Shown here: positions 37,165 to 49,850 of the stretch, one piece after another | Layout of the letters: each line of letters starts with the position of its first letter | Numbering within the stretch: position 1 is the stretch's first letter | NCBI GenBank assembly: GCA_002269645.1 | Contig: NIVC01003081.1 | Span: 123,710 to 187,709, forward strand | Reading direction: 5' to 3' | DNA from: Macrostomum lignano | Taxonomy: Eukaryota | DNA: 64,000 nucleotides | Made by a program: the position numbers and the translations under genes | The notes under the pieces: model-generated | Databases searched by the model: none | Seen by the model: only the letters and a program-made list of their open reading frames with translations | Told to the model about the DNA's origin: nothing

Positions 37165-38349
37165 ATGAAAAGGATTCGACTGTCGACTCTGCCCTGCCTC
37201 CTGCTGCTCAGCTGCCTGCTGGCGGCGACTTCAAGCGCCAAGGTGCTGTCGAACTTCGCCGCGGTCAAGACCCGACGCTGCCCCACCGCAGCCGCCTCTC
37301 CGCTGCCGCACCGCCTGGCCAGCAAGCTGCAGTGCGCCGCCGCCTGCTCCCGACTGCCCACCTGCAACGCATTCCACTTCGACATCGCCACCCGCCTGTG
37401 TTACCATGGAGACGCGTGTTCCCAACTCGAACAATGGACTGACGGCGACTGCGACTCTTACAAGTACACCGATGTGCTGTGCGGAGACTGCGGTGAGCGG
37501 CTCAGTGGCTGCAGCTGTCTGGACAATTCTGTATCGCTTCAATAAAATCATTTACCTTGTAGAAAAATAGATTATGAATTTATCACTGCAGAGTCTTCTG
37601 AGCCACTGGTGAAACAGCTCAAGCTGAAGCTGTTCTACAAGTTCTCTCGGAGCGGTCTGAAGAATGAGGTCAACCCGAGACTGTCCTGTCTCAGGGCTCA
37701 CGACGTGACAATTGATGCAGCTGGTGCTCACTTCAAGGGCAACACGAGCTCCTACTTGAGCACTGAGACTCCCGGTTTTGAGAAGCTTCTGGGAGTCGGT
37801 TTCACCTACTCGACTTTTGCGCAGGTTCGGCACGCCATGACTAAGGATGAGTGAGTTGAAACTGTCTGTGATGCTTTGAAACCGCTGCTCACCTTCTAGC
37901 CACGCCTCTACCGCTGCACAAGCAGGTATCAGTACTACAGCCGGTTCCAGGAGTGCTCAGGAACCAACATCGGCAGCTCTCTGATCAAGCGCTCAGAGTA
38001 TTTCTACGGTTTCGCCTGGCTGTCCAGCGGCGGCGGGAGTGTCGGTGAGAGAATTTTCAGATATTCGTCTTTTTTTCTACCGACTGATGGCTCGGTGCGT
38101 CTCCTGTCGGCTGGAGTCACCTTCAACGGGCTGGAGCAGAAGCACATGTATCAGAACGGCACGCTGGTTGCGACGTCTTCGTTTAGTAGAAGTTCTTTGA
38201 CTTCTTCAGCGGCGTCCTTTCAGTGCCTGCGACTCGGATTCGGGCCCACAAGTGACAAATGTCTGAGCGGCACAATGAGTTGCTTTGCCCTGAGCAGTGA
38301 GATGCTCAACGAGTCTGAGTTTCGGCTGCTCCAGCAGCTCTGCTACTGA
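37165..38349 (+). CDS. PAN/Apple + LamG/concanavalin-like secreted protein, copy B; exons 37165-37492, 37592-37850, 37926-38349 (~336 aa)
   Basis: Signal peptide (LPCLLLLSCLLAATSSA); PAN motif C..QCAAACSRLPTCNAFHF..TRLC; GTGAGC donor and CTGCAG acceptor in frame; LamG_3-like LFYKFS..AHFKGN.SYL..YQNG..FQCLRLG..LSGTM.CF..LNESEF. Confidence 0.85.
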
Positions 38350-39521
38350 TTGTGATACAATGACAGCAAACAGAGGTTTCGAAAAACAATTGAAACTGAA
38401 ATGTGACGAAATTCGACACTTATAGTACTTCAAATTAGTTAGGCAACAGGCATTGAAGGATTTTAACAAATAAAACATTGAGTATATTTGTTCCTCAATT
38501 GTGTGCTCTGCTAGATTCTTTTTACACAAGTGCGACTTCATTTCCGTGCCAATATAAAATTTGAGCATTTAGTAAACACTGGTGCATGGGACTACATGTA
38601 TAGTAGACTGTCTCCTCTACAGGTGTTGGCGAACTGCGGCCCTCAGATCCTTTTTTTTAGCTTCACACTAGCAATCCAGCCGGCTCAAGGTTTGTCTCTT
38701 CTCAGCTCTCTTCTAGCTCGTAGTCTCTCCCCTCTCTCTTCTCCCCTTTTCTCTCATCTTTTCTCTTAAATCTCTTCTCTCATCCCATCTCTCGCCTCTC
38801 CTTTCCCCTCTGTCTCTCATCTGGCCCGCAGCCATGAGCTGGATTCTTTATCTATTCCTTAAGATCACAATGTTTGAAAAAGTTATTTTAATATGCGTTA
38901 TTCAGATTAATAATTTATTAATACGTGTTTGAAATTAATATTGCCTTGAATTTTCCATAGATAACCCAATTGTTAGCGTTTCCCACAAAAAGGAAGAACA
39001 AAACAAAATAAAAATTGATAGTAGCAACTGTCATTTGAGTCGGTAAATAAAGTGGTGGAATAGGGCCGCTATCGCTATCTATCACCATCCTAGAGGCGCC
39101 ATCGCTAAGTTTGATAATTGGTGAGAGTGTAAACCAGCAGTAGGAAAACTTTTCTTCCTTAAGATGCAGGCCAGATTTAGAATCGAGAGAGAGGAAAGGA
39201 TAGAAAAGAGGAGAAGCGAGAGATTGGATGAGAGAAGAGATATGAGGAGAGAAAAGGGCAGAGAAGAGGGGGAGAGAAAGGGAGAGAAGAAGAGAGCCAA
39301 TAATAGAGGAGAGTAGAGAAGAGAAGGACAGCTGAGAAGAGGCACAAACCTACAATGAGAGGGCCAGATTGCTATATAGTGTGAAGTTTCAAAAAACCCG
39401 AAGGCCGGATAGAGAGGCTTCCACGGACCGGGAGTTTGCCGACCCTTGTTGGTGTAAAAGAACCTCTACGATCCTAGCTTTCAACAGCCATTTACAACTG
39501 CAGTAGAACGCTACGCTCGAT

Positions 39522-39764
39522 TTTGTTAGAAATGAACTGAAGACCGGTATCAACGAATTTGCATAAAACATAGATAAAAACATTTTCCGGGCATTATTTG
39601 TGTTCTCCGGGATTTTATTTGCCAATATTCAATAATGTCCCGTAAAATCTTTTTGACTATATAAGGCATGCCTTTTTCGGGAGCTATTTTATAAATCCGT
39701 CGGGCCTTCAGCCCTCGCGATTTACGCATTCGTTCATACCGGTCTTCAGTTCATTTCTAAGAAA
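39522..39764. mobile_element. MITE-like element with ~40-bp TIRs
   Basis: TTAGAAATGAACTGAAGACCGGTATCAACGAAT / ATTCGTTCATACCGGTCTTCAGTTCATTTCTAA; superfamily not determined. Confidence 0.6.
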
Positions 39765-40026
39765 CGCATATTTCAACCATAGGTTGAAAAAACGATTTAT
39801 TGAGAGCATAATAAATAATGGTATATTCTTCTGCAGTCGGGATGCTTGATATTGTATTATCAAGCACACAATATCACTCTTGTCTCACTCTTGTCCATAC
39901 ATGCGCAACCCCCAAAATTCGGTCGGCCGTGCGACTTAGTTTTAACAAAACTGCGACGTAGTTTTTGGCCAAAAATGCGACTGACATGTAAAAAACCCTA
40001 AAGCAAAATTGACGCAACTTTGGGTT

Positions 40027-40080
40027 GCAGGAGTAACTATAACTGTCTTATTAAGTCAAAATGCCTCGTCAGCTACTTAG
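40027..40080 (+). other. Degenerate 54-bp fragment of large-subunit (28S) rRNA
   Basis: GCAGGAGTAACTATAACTGTCTTA-TTAAGTCA-AAATGCCTCGTCAGCTACTTAG versus conserved 28S GCGGGAGTAACTATGACTCTCTTA-AGGTAGCC-AAATGCCTCGTCATCTAATTAG, colinear without gaps. Confidence 0.6.
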
Positions 40081-40275
40081 TACTCCTACTTGGGTATTTT
40101 TCCGCGTGGGCATTTTTGCGACTTCCTTGTTTGGCCGCTCTTGTCAGTCTCTGTAGATTGTCCGACAGCCAGCGCTGACGGCAATTCTGCCCGTTCCGCT
40201 GAGTCCTGAGCACATGCAAGTGCGCCAATACTGTACTCAGGCACACACTCATGCACACGCTCACACAGGGTGTAC

Positions 40276-40737
40276 CAGTGGCGTAGCCAGGAATTTCAAT
40301 TGGGGGGGGGGCGGGTTGGCCTGGCTGGCCATGCCTTATGCCATTGCCACTTTTGGCGCCGCAGGCACTCATTTTAGCGCTGCAGGCACTCATTTTGGAA
40401 CCGCAGACACTCATTTTGGCGCCGCAGGCACTCATTTTAGCGCCGCAGGCACTCATTTTGGCGCCGCAGGCACTCATTTTGGCGCCGCAGGCACTCATTT
40501 TGGCGCCGCAGGCACTCATTTTAGCGCCGCAGGCACTCATTTTGGCGCCGCAGGCACTCATTTTGGCGCCGCAGGCACTCATTTTGGCGCCGCAGGCACA
40601 TTTTGGCGCTGCAGGCACTCATTTTTGCGCTGCAGGCACTTAATTGCCTCCAGGTTTTTGGTATCCGCCGCGCCCAACCCCACCCTCCAGGCGATTAGGG
40701 GGGGGGGGCTGCGGCCCACCCCCTGGCTACGCCACTG
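40276..40737. mobile_element. Non-autonomous hAT element with an internal 21-bp minisatellite (GGCGCCGCAGGCACTCATTTT)
   Basis: TIRs CAGTGGCGTAGCCAGG / CCTGGCTACGCCACTG; perfect 8-bp TSD GGGTGTAC on both sides. Confidence 0.9.
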
Positions 40738-41140
40738 GGGTGTACAGTGCACAGAGAATCACCAACGGAAGCTGAAACTATAGTCTAACCAATCTAATCT
40801 CTCCCCATGAACTGTGCTTGCGCAATGCTAAAAGCACCAGTAATTGACGCGGCAGTGAATTCCCGATTCTATTAACTCTTGGCAGTGCAATATTAAAAAG
40901 CAAAGTCTTCATTTTCTTGCTTCGCACTACTCACTTGAAGCTTTCGTGCTTTGAATAATATTGGTCGTAATTAATCGGTCCAGTCAGTCGTATTCATTTT
41001 TTTCGAGACTTGGCGGTCAGAAATCGTTTTACATGCACATGTCAGCAAAACCAAAAGTCCAAATTTCTCATTGACTTCAAAAAGTAGTTTCCTCATTTGG
41101 AACAGGTTGAACTGCAACGCGTGCTGATGGTTATGTTGAA

Positions 41141-42331
41141 TCAGTAGCAGAGCTGCTGCAGCATCTCGTATTCGGTCTGATTGAGCATCTTAGTGCTCAG
41201 GGCGAAGCAACTCATTGAGCCGTTGAGACAACGGTCGCTTGTGAGATGAAATCCCAGTCGGAGGCATTGAAAGGCGGCGATGGAAGAACTATAAGTGTTG
41301 TAAGCCGTCCGATAAATCGCCTCCAAAGTGCCGTTCCTATACACGTCCCTAAACTCGAGTCCGTCGTAGGTGAATCCAGCCGACAGGAGATGCACAGAGC
41401 CGTCGGTAGGGAGGAAGTTTGGTGATAGTCCGTACAGAACCTCGCCGGTGTTGGTAGACAGCCAATTAAAGACGTAGAAATAGTCTTGATACTGGGAAAT
41501 TGAATTGCTGGCGTAATTTCCAGAGCACTCTTGGAATCTGCTGTAGTACTGCCACCTATATGCACAGAGGTAGGTGATACCAGAGAGGTGATGCATGTAA
41601 GTTGCAAGCAATTTAATGTTAAAAGCAGAGTGAATTCTTTCTCACCCGCCGGACATGGCGTGCCGAACCTGCGCAAAAGTTGAGTAGGTGGAACCGACTC
41701 CAAGAAACTTCTCAAAACCGGGGGTCTCAGTGCTCAAGTAGGAGCTCGTGTTGCCCTTGAAGTGAGCACCAGCTGCATCAATTGTCACGTCGTGAGCCCT
41801 GAGACAGGACAGTCTCGGGTTGACCTCATTCTTCAGACCGCTCCGAGAGAACTTGTAGAACAGCTTCAGCTTGAGCTGTTTCACCAGTGGCTCAGAAGAC
41901 TCTGCAGTGATAAATTCATAATCTATTTTTCTACAAGGTAAATGATTTTATTGAAGCGATACAGAATTGTCCAGACAGCTGCAGCCACTGAGCCGCTCAC
42001 CGCAGTCTCCGCACAGCCCATCGGTGTACTTGTAAGAGTCGCAGTCGCCGTCAGTCCATTGCTCGAGTTGGGAACACGCGTCTCCATGGTAACACAGGCG
42101 GGTGGCGATGTCGAAGTGGAATGCGTTGCAGGTGGGCAGTCGGGAGCAGGCGGCGGCGCACTGCAGCTTGCTGGCCAGGCGGTGCGGCAGCGGAGAGGCG
42201 GCCGCAGTGGGGCAGCGTCGAGTCTTGACCGCTGCGAATTTCGGCAGCACCTTGGCGCTTGAAGTCGCCGCCAGGCAGCTGAGCAGCAGGAGGCAGGTGA
42301 AGTGTAGTTGAATAGCGTTCCAGTTCTTCAT
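41141..42331 (-). CDS. PAN/Apple + LamG-like secreted protein, copy C; exons 42331-42001, 41901-41646, 41555-41141 (~333 aa)
   Basis: Open frame across GT-AG junctions; same motifs as copy B; intron 1 nearly identical to that of B. Confidence 0.85.
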
Positions 42332-43561
42332 TTTTTTCCGGAATTTCTCCAACTAACAGCTAGTCCTTGACTCGGCTGCTGCTTTGAGACACCAATTAAA
42401 TAGACCTACTAGTACGAGTCGTATCTGTGGCGCTGCTTCGACAATCAATCAATTTGTGTTTAATAATTCAAATTCAATCAGTTAATTGTCGAGGCAACAA
42501 CAATCTCGGCTCAACTCACCCCGGCGCAACTCCAATCATGATAAGTGCTCACAATTTTGCTTTTGGTAGGTTTGGTGGATTTGTAATTCCTCTTTGTCCT
42601 TATTCTGATGGTCCTAATTCGTGCAATCGAAAATCGGTAACTGCTCAAGCCTGCTCAACTTTGCTTTGTTTTGCTCGAGCCCCTGGCGCTGTTTTTGAGC
42701 CTTTGAGCAGCTGCGTTAATTCATTAAATAACGCCAATCAAACGACAAACTTCCTGAGCGACAGAAGGGGCACAGCTCCTCACTTACCTGGCCCTGAAGG
42801 CGAGCAGCCATGCCCAGAGAGGGCCATGCTGACTGCTCTGAGGTCCCTGCAGTTGAGCCTAATGAGCTATAGGGCTCTACGCAGGCGGAAGGAAGTAGGA
42901 GACGGCAGCACTAGTCGAGCCATCCACAGAAAAGTTCAAAAGTTGGGCAGAGGTTCTCAAGTGCAGGTGCTGTAGCGACATTTCCTTAGTAGTGCGATAA
43001 GGCTGAAATAGATTGTGAAAACTGCAACACAAAGCGTCAGAGAAAACGCTCGAATTGATTTCGCTTGGTCAGACAACCAATTTGCTGTTTTTTAAACAAG
43101 CAATCAGCGTACTGAGCAGTGCAGATGAACCCGCATCGTCTGTCTAATTATTGCATCGATACTTCACCTAGGTTGATGAAACAATGAGAGAATGGGACAG
43201 CAATTGGTAAGTGTCAATCCAAAACGATTTGCGTGTAAAATTGGCACTGTGAAGAGGACACCTACGAGCCACCGACATCAGTTATAGAGGATTTGAAGTG
43301 CATGGTCTGCCCCTCCCCTTGAATTAAAGAAGACAGCATACAAATATCCAAATACTCGTACAAAATTCTATTCTCAAAACCTGCGCGTCAATCACTATAA
43401 ACACTCAAGAATGAAGCATCGCCCATTTCTGAAAAGGAATAGCTATATGGAACTGGAACCAAATTTTAAGTTAAGATAAACCAACCCGTGTCTAAAATAC
43501 ACTGGCTACAGGTTTTACCAAGAGAGCCGCCCTACAATTAGCTAAGGCAAAGTCCATCCGA

Positions 43562-44733
43562 ATGTCAGTGCTCTGCCTCCTGCTGCTCAGCTGCCTGCTG
43601 GCGGCGACTTCAAGCGCCAAGTTGCTGCCAAACTTCGCAGCAACAAAGACCCGACGCTGCCCCACCGCGGCCGCCTCTACGCTGCCGCACCGCCTGGCCA
43701 GCAAGCTGCAGTGCGCCGCCGCCTGCTCCCGACTGCCCACCTGCAACGCATTCCACTTCGACATCGCCACCCGCCTGTGTTACCATGGAGACGCGTGTTC
43801 CCAACTCGAGCAATGGACTGACGGCGACTGCGACTCTTACAAGTACACCGATGTGCTGTGCGGAGACTGCGGTGAGCGGCTCAGCGGCTGCTGTCTTGAC
43901 AGCTCTGCGTCTCTCCAATGAAATCAGTTACTTTGTTTAAATTGATTATGCATTTATCACTGCAGAGTCTTCTGAGCCCCTGGTGAAACAGCTCAAGCTG
44001 AAGCTGTTCTACAAGTTCTCTCGGAGCGGTCTGAAGAATGAGGTCAACCCGAGAATGTCCTGTCTCAAGGCTTACGATGTAACAATTGATGCAGCTGGTG
44101 CTCACTTTAAAGGCAATACAAGCTCCTACCTGAGCACTGAAACTCCTGGTTTTGAGAAGCTTCTGGACTATGGAAAGAACTACTCCTTCTTTTTGAAGTT
44201 CGCTGATGCAATGGAAGGCGTGTGAGTTGTTATAAAGAACAATTCAATAAGGTAGATTCTGATTAGTAAGGCATTTTAAACACCTCTCTCTGCGCCACAG
44301 CAACACAATCTACCATCGCTACCAGCTATGCAAAGACGAGACGAGCACTCCGGCGAACACATTCGGCCGCAGTCTCGGTGGCATCTACAACTACGCGGCC
44401 TGGACCGTTCGCTTCGATGGCGCCGGGTACCTTCGGGCGTCATCCTCAGAGCTGCTTGACACCACCGATGCTTTGCGCAAACTGTCGATTGGCGTTGTCT
44501 TCTCAGCTAAGAAACAGATGCACTTCTACTTCAACGGCGCACTGTCAATGATTGATGCGTTAAGCGGCGGGTTTTCTCCGGTGCCACGTGAGGAGTTTCA
44601 CTGCCTTCGGCTGGGCTACCACAGCTTCCAGGAGAAATGCCTGAAGGGCAGCATGGCCTGCTACGGTCTGGCTGCAAAAGCCTTCGGATTAGCTGACTTT
44701 GCTGCGGTTGAGCGGCTGTGTGAAACCGATTGA
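43562..44733 (+). CDS. PAN/Apple + LamG-like secreted protein, copy D; exons 43562-43871, 43966-44221, 44301-44733 (~332 aa)
   Basis: Open frame across junctions; constant N-module; divergent C-module retaining YHRYQLC, FYFNG, FHCLRLG, CLKGSMACYG. Confidence 0.85.
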
Positions 44734-45089
44734 GACTTGATTTAAGTTACCCAAAGCCGATTTTGCATGGATTTCTAAGGATCTGAGGCTTAAGGCTCGT
44801 TCACTCCTCGATTAAATAAACAACGATATCAAGCGTTTAATATAACAATTGAGGCCTAACAAAATTTTGCACTTTGGGTTTTGGGTGATCAGGTGCTTAC
44901 AATAGGCAAGGAACGGAACCATGGGAACATCAAAAAGGATTCGGCTGGCGTCGGGATCGGCTGTACGTATAGTAGGGGCATCTGATGTGATGTGCAAGTG
45001 ATGTGCAGACCTGTGCAAAGAAGTGTGTACGTTAAAAATACGTAAAAAATTTACAGTTTAAATATTTCCGGAAACAATCAACTCTCATC

Positions 45090-46368
45090 TAGGGGTGTTC
45101 GGGTCGGCCATTTTTTCGGGGTTCGGGGTTTACCCCGAACCCGGTACCCATACCCCGAACCCCGAACCCCGTCCCGAACATTTCTTCCAACCCCGAACCC
45201 CGAACCCGGTACCAAAACCCGACCCGACCCCGAACGTAACCCCGAACATTTTCACGCTTATTTTGGTCAATCATTTTAATAAATTAATACACTTTTTCCA
45301 CCGATAAAGGTACAATATTCATTTGTACTTCACTTCAATTGTAAGCCTTTTGGGCGCGACGTTAGCTCATGAATGACTTGGGACAAACACAGGTTTATAT
45401 TTGTTGTATAAGTGTAAATGGTATACTTCTTGCAATGGGATTGGGATTGAGATGGAAGGAATACCAAGACCCAAGATCTAATTAGTAAGATACATGAAAG
45501 TTCACAACTAAAATCAGGACCATTTCGTACCTATACTTACAACGAAATTGCTTTCATAGTAATATTACATCTATGAGTTTATTTAAGCTGCAAAAATAGA
45601 GTACAATAAAATTAGATTATACCCTGTAGTGTAGATATCAGTAGAGATAGAACTAGAGCGATAAAGAGATAGCACAGATAAAACAATGATACAATGAAAC
45701 AGGAGAGTTAATCACAAATATATATTTATTTTTACTTTTGACTACAGTTAACAGTAAGTCAGTAGTGGTATAACAGAATTGCTATGTAAAAACTAAAGTG
45801 ACGTCTTTACATAAAATTGTATGCTGATATGAGTAGGTAATCATTGTGATAATTGATTATTGGCGACTGATGCGTGGAGAATAATAGTGTATTTATAAAT
45901 TTTAAGCTTCCTCATCCAATCCAGAAGTTCATTCCATGTTACACGTAGCACATGTAAAATTAATACTGAACGTAATTTTTTAAATCATCAACTGCAAGAC
46001 TGAATGGGTCGAAAAACGACAATCGTTATTTACCAGAAAGTGTAAATGAATCCATGGTTCTATCTGCTATTTCCGTTTCAAATTGTATGTAAAATATAAC
46101 TTAAGTTGTACCTGAAACTCAATGCATATCTTTCGCATTGTGGATTTTGCATAAGGAGTAAAAAGTGCTTGAAAATACTCTTGAGAATGATAATTGTTCA
46201 AAACCCCGAAAACTCCGAAAACCCGGTGGCCAAACCCGACCCGAACCCCGAACCCGGTACCCCTACCCCGAACCCCGAACCCGACCCGGAACACCTACCC
46301 CGAACCCCGAACCCGGTACCAAAACCCGACCCGAAACCCGACCCGACCCCGAACCCCGAACACCCCTA
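45090..46368. mobile_element. Non-autonomous hAT element with CCCGAA/CCCGAC subterminal repeats
   Basis: TIRs TAGGGGTGTTCGGG / CCCGAACACCCCTA; perfect 8-bp TSD CTCTCATC; AT-rich non-coding interior. Confidence 0.9.
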
Positions 46369-48098
46369 CTCTCATCGACTTTTTGCCAAGGCACAAGGGC
46401 ACAGAGCTAGTCCATATACTAACTGCAGGCTGTTAGAATGCATTTGCACTCGTATTGGGCTATCCGTTAAGTAAACTCTCTCAGCAAAAACCTTCAATAT
46501 TTACTGACAATTTCGCCACCAACTCTGCAGCAGTGTAAATTCGTAAAAAAACACATTTTTTACCTAATGATAATACTTTGTGCATTGTAGAGTCGCTATT
46601 AATATTGTTCACTAACTGCCATCATTAGGGCTAACGGGTTTTAAACATTCACCTGCTCTCGAGCCCAGAATTATCTTTGTGTTTAACGGCCAAAAGGACA
46701 AAACAAATCAGTCAAATCGACTTTTTTACTTTGATTTTGTACGATATACAAAGTCAATATAGTTTTGGAATCATTCAACCCAAAGATCACTAGTTGTGGA
46801 TGTATAAAGCTGATTAGTACTAACAAATTTCCGACTTTCGCTGCGAAATTTCTTGGTGAGAAAGAGAGTCCAAGGACCACCTAGAAGTTATTATTGTATC
46901 AGGACGTAACACTCATAAATATTGCTAAATTATTGGAAGTTAACCTACAGAAAGTGCATTTCTCGCCTCTTTCCCAGTCTCATCCTTTTCCCGAGACACA
47001 ACAACTTCTATTGTAATTTATCGGTTGTAGGAGGACTGAGAACTATTTATCAGTCCCCAAACGAGGACTGAGAAATAGTTCTCAGTCCTGCTATAGTTGT
47101 ATGTAACAAATGTACGCTCGTAGACTAAAAAACCGCAATTGTTCACGTGTATTTAGCGATGCTTGCTTTCGAAAATGCATTCTATTCGACAGATTTAGAG
47201 TTATGAGCATTTCAAGTTTAGCTGCAATGCAAACAAGCGGTACTTCAAAAGTTACATCCTGAAACAACGGTAACTTCTAGTGGTCTTTGAGAGAGTTTAT
47301 AAGAATTCAAAAGTTCACAACACAATAGGTATTCTAATCTTTTAAACATCCGAGTAAGCGTTTTTGTTTAAAGTTCGGAGTTATCTAGATCCACTACAAG
47401 CGTTGTTTGTCTACTGCAAGTAGTATCCCTCAGGTCCTTTGACCTGTCGCTTGTTTTCCTAATACTTTTTTCCAGTCGGCCATTTATTCGTGTTTGAAAG
47501 TGTTCCAAAATGTCTGAAACTGTCTGACAAAACAGCGCTTTTTCAGACCAAGTCTTCCCCACAATCACGGAAAAGGACCAGACTCTCAATGTTTGTAAGA
47601 CAGACAGCGCGTGCGTGTGTTTGCATGCGGAAATCAGAGAGCGGTGATGGAGAAAAGTGACAACACATCCGATGCCATGGGGAGCCGCAACTCCAACAGC
47701 TACATTTATGTGGCTGGGAAAGGTTTTAAGGTAAACCTGAAAATTCTGGAGCCTAGTCATACAGTCATGTGATGCTTTTACCACCCCTTGCATAGAAAAG
47801 CGACCCTGATGCGTCCATTGTCTTCGCAACAGTGACGACTGTCTGTCTGCTTGCTTTGCAAATGTTCCAGACCTGATCAACTGCAGATGTCCCTTTCAAA
47901 TCAAACAAAATGGATGTAAAGAAAGCTCACTCGCTGAAAGTCGAGACGGGAATTGCTGATTCAGACTTCCGGAAAGCAGTTGAGCTGACAATCATTGCAT
48001 ACGGACGTTTTTCTTCACCAAACCAGATCGATATCTTTCTGACAGCTTAAAAGCATCAGTTGTGAGCCGAATTTCGCATCGCGATCGGAGCTCTCACA

Positions 48099-49307
48099 AT
48101 GCATTGGAACAAAGTCTCGAGTTGCATGGCGGTTCTGATGCTGCTATTTTTGTTGTCCTGCCTGGGCCCGGCTGCTGGCAGCCAGCTCGTGTCCTTCGTG
48201 ACTGTTAAAAAGTGTCCCACCGCAGCCGCCTCTCCGCTGCGGCACCGCCTGGCCAGCAAGCTGCAGTGCGCCGCCGCCTGCTCCCGACTGCCCACCTGCA
48301 ACGCATTCCACTTCAACATCACCACCCGCCTGTGTTACCATGGAGACGCGTGTTCCCAACTCGAGCAATGGACTGACGGCGACTGCGACTCTTACAAGTA
48401 CACTGATGTGCTGTGCGGAGACTGCGGTGAGCGGCTCAGCGGCTGCTGTCTTGACAATTCTGTATCGCTCCAATGAAGTCATTTGCTTTGTTTAAATTGA
48501 TTATGCATTTATCACTGCAGAGTCTTCTGAGCCCCTGGTGAAACAGCTCAAGCTGAAGCTGTTCTACAAGTTCTCTCGGAGCGGTCTGAAGAATGAGGTC
48601 AACCCGAGACTGTCCTGTCTCAAGGCTCACGACGTGACAATTGATGCAGCAGGTGCTCACTTCAAGGGCAACAGGAGCTCCTACCTGAGCACTGAGACTC
48701 CCGGTTTTGAGAAGCTTCTGGACTCTGCTACTGAATACTCCATCTATTTTCAAGTAAAGCACATTTTTGATGCTGGGTAAGTTTAACTGTTTAAATACCC
48801 CAATGAAAGCATGGTAAAATAGTACCAATTATTTTCTAAAAAAACATTATCATATTCTGACCATCAATTATGATCTGCAGGTGGGTTTACTACCATCGTT
48901 TCCTGCGCTGCGGGACCCAGGTGTATGCCGGAAACTCGCTTTACAAGTGGAACAATAAATTAACTTTGCAAACAACGCATTTATTAAGCAACGGTTCTGT
49001 TCTTGGTTTCTATTATTCGTCACCCTCTGTCTTGCCCACTGACGGTCTGCAGCACCAAATGTCAACAGGATTCGCTTTTGGCGGCCTCTCTAACCAGGGA
49101 TTTTTCTTGAATGACTCTGTCACTGCTGCTGACCCAAGTTCATCTGGTGGCTTATATTCTCCAAGCGATTTCGGGTGTCTGCATCTTGGCCAAGGTAAGA
49201 TGGATTCCAACAGTCTTAGCGGCAGCATGAGCTGCTACGGAATGAGCACCAAGATGCTCAGCCTGAACGAGTTTGAGCTAATCCGGAAGCTGTGCAATTC
49301 GGACTAA
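48099..49307 (+). CDS. PAN/Apple + LamG-like secreted protein, copy E; exons 48099-48426, 48521-48776, 48881-49307 (~336 aa)
   Basis: Distinct signal peptide, constant PAN module, divergent exon 3 (YYHRFLRC, LPTDG, FGCLHLG, LSGSMSCYG). Confidence 0.85.
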
Positions 49308-49484
49308 AATGGTTTTTTAACTGGGCAAAAACGGCTCGTTGGACGTTGAATTGAACAGCTAGCAAACGCTGATGGAATTCATGAACTTTAATTCGTTCTT
49401 ACGATTGCTGAGACAATGTTTTCGGAAGAACTTCAACAAGCAGACAAATATTCACTGTTCATTATTTGAATATTTACTATTAAC

Positions 49485-49850
49485 TACTCAAATATTCACT
49501 ACTCAAATATTCACTACTCAAATATTCACTACTCAAATATTCACTACTCAAATATTCACTACTTAAATATTCACTACTCAAATATTCACTACTCAAATAT
49601 TCACTATTCAAATATTCACTACTTAAATATTCACTACTCAAATATTCACTACTCAAATATTCACTTTACTCGAATATTCACTACTCAAATATTCACTACT
49701 CAATATTCACTACTCAAATATTCACTACTTAAATATTCACTACTCAAATATTCACTACTCAAGTATTCACTACTCAATATTCACTACCCAAATATTCACT
49801 ACTCAAATATTCACTTTACTCAAATATTCGCCACTCAAATATTCGCTATT
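49485..49850. repeat. 17-bp minisatellite (ACTACTCAAATATTCAC)
   Basis: Tandem array. Confidence 0.95.

Noticed and set aside
37165-37854. Two-ORF (bicistronic) reading of each PAN unit, and conserved antisense ORFs
   Set aside because: Canonical GTGAGC...CTGCAG introns join the ORFs in frame in all copies; antisense ORFs merely mirror the near-identical sense DNA.
42427-47880. ORFs 42427-42975 (+) and 47368-47880 (-)
   Set aside because: No recognisable domains or paralogous copies; likely chance ORFs or decayed repeats.
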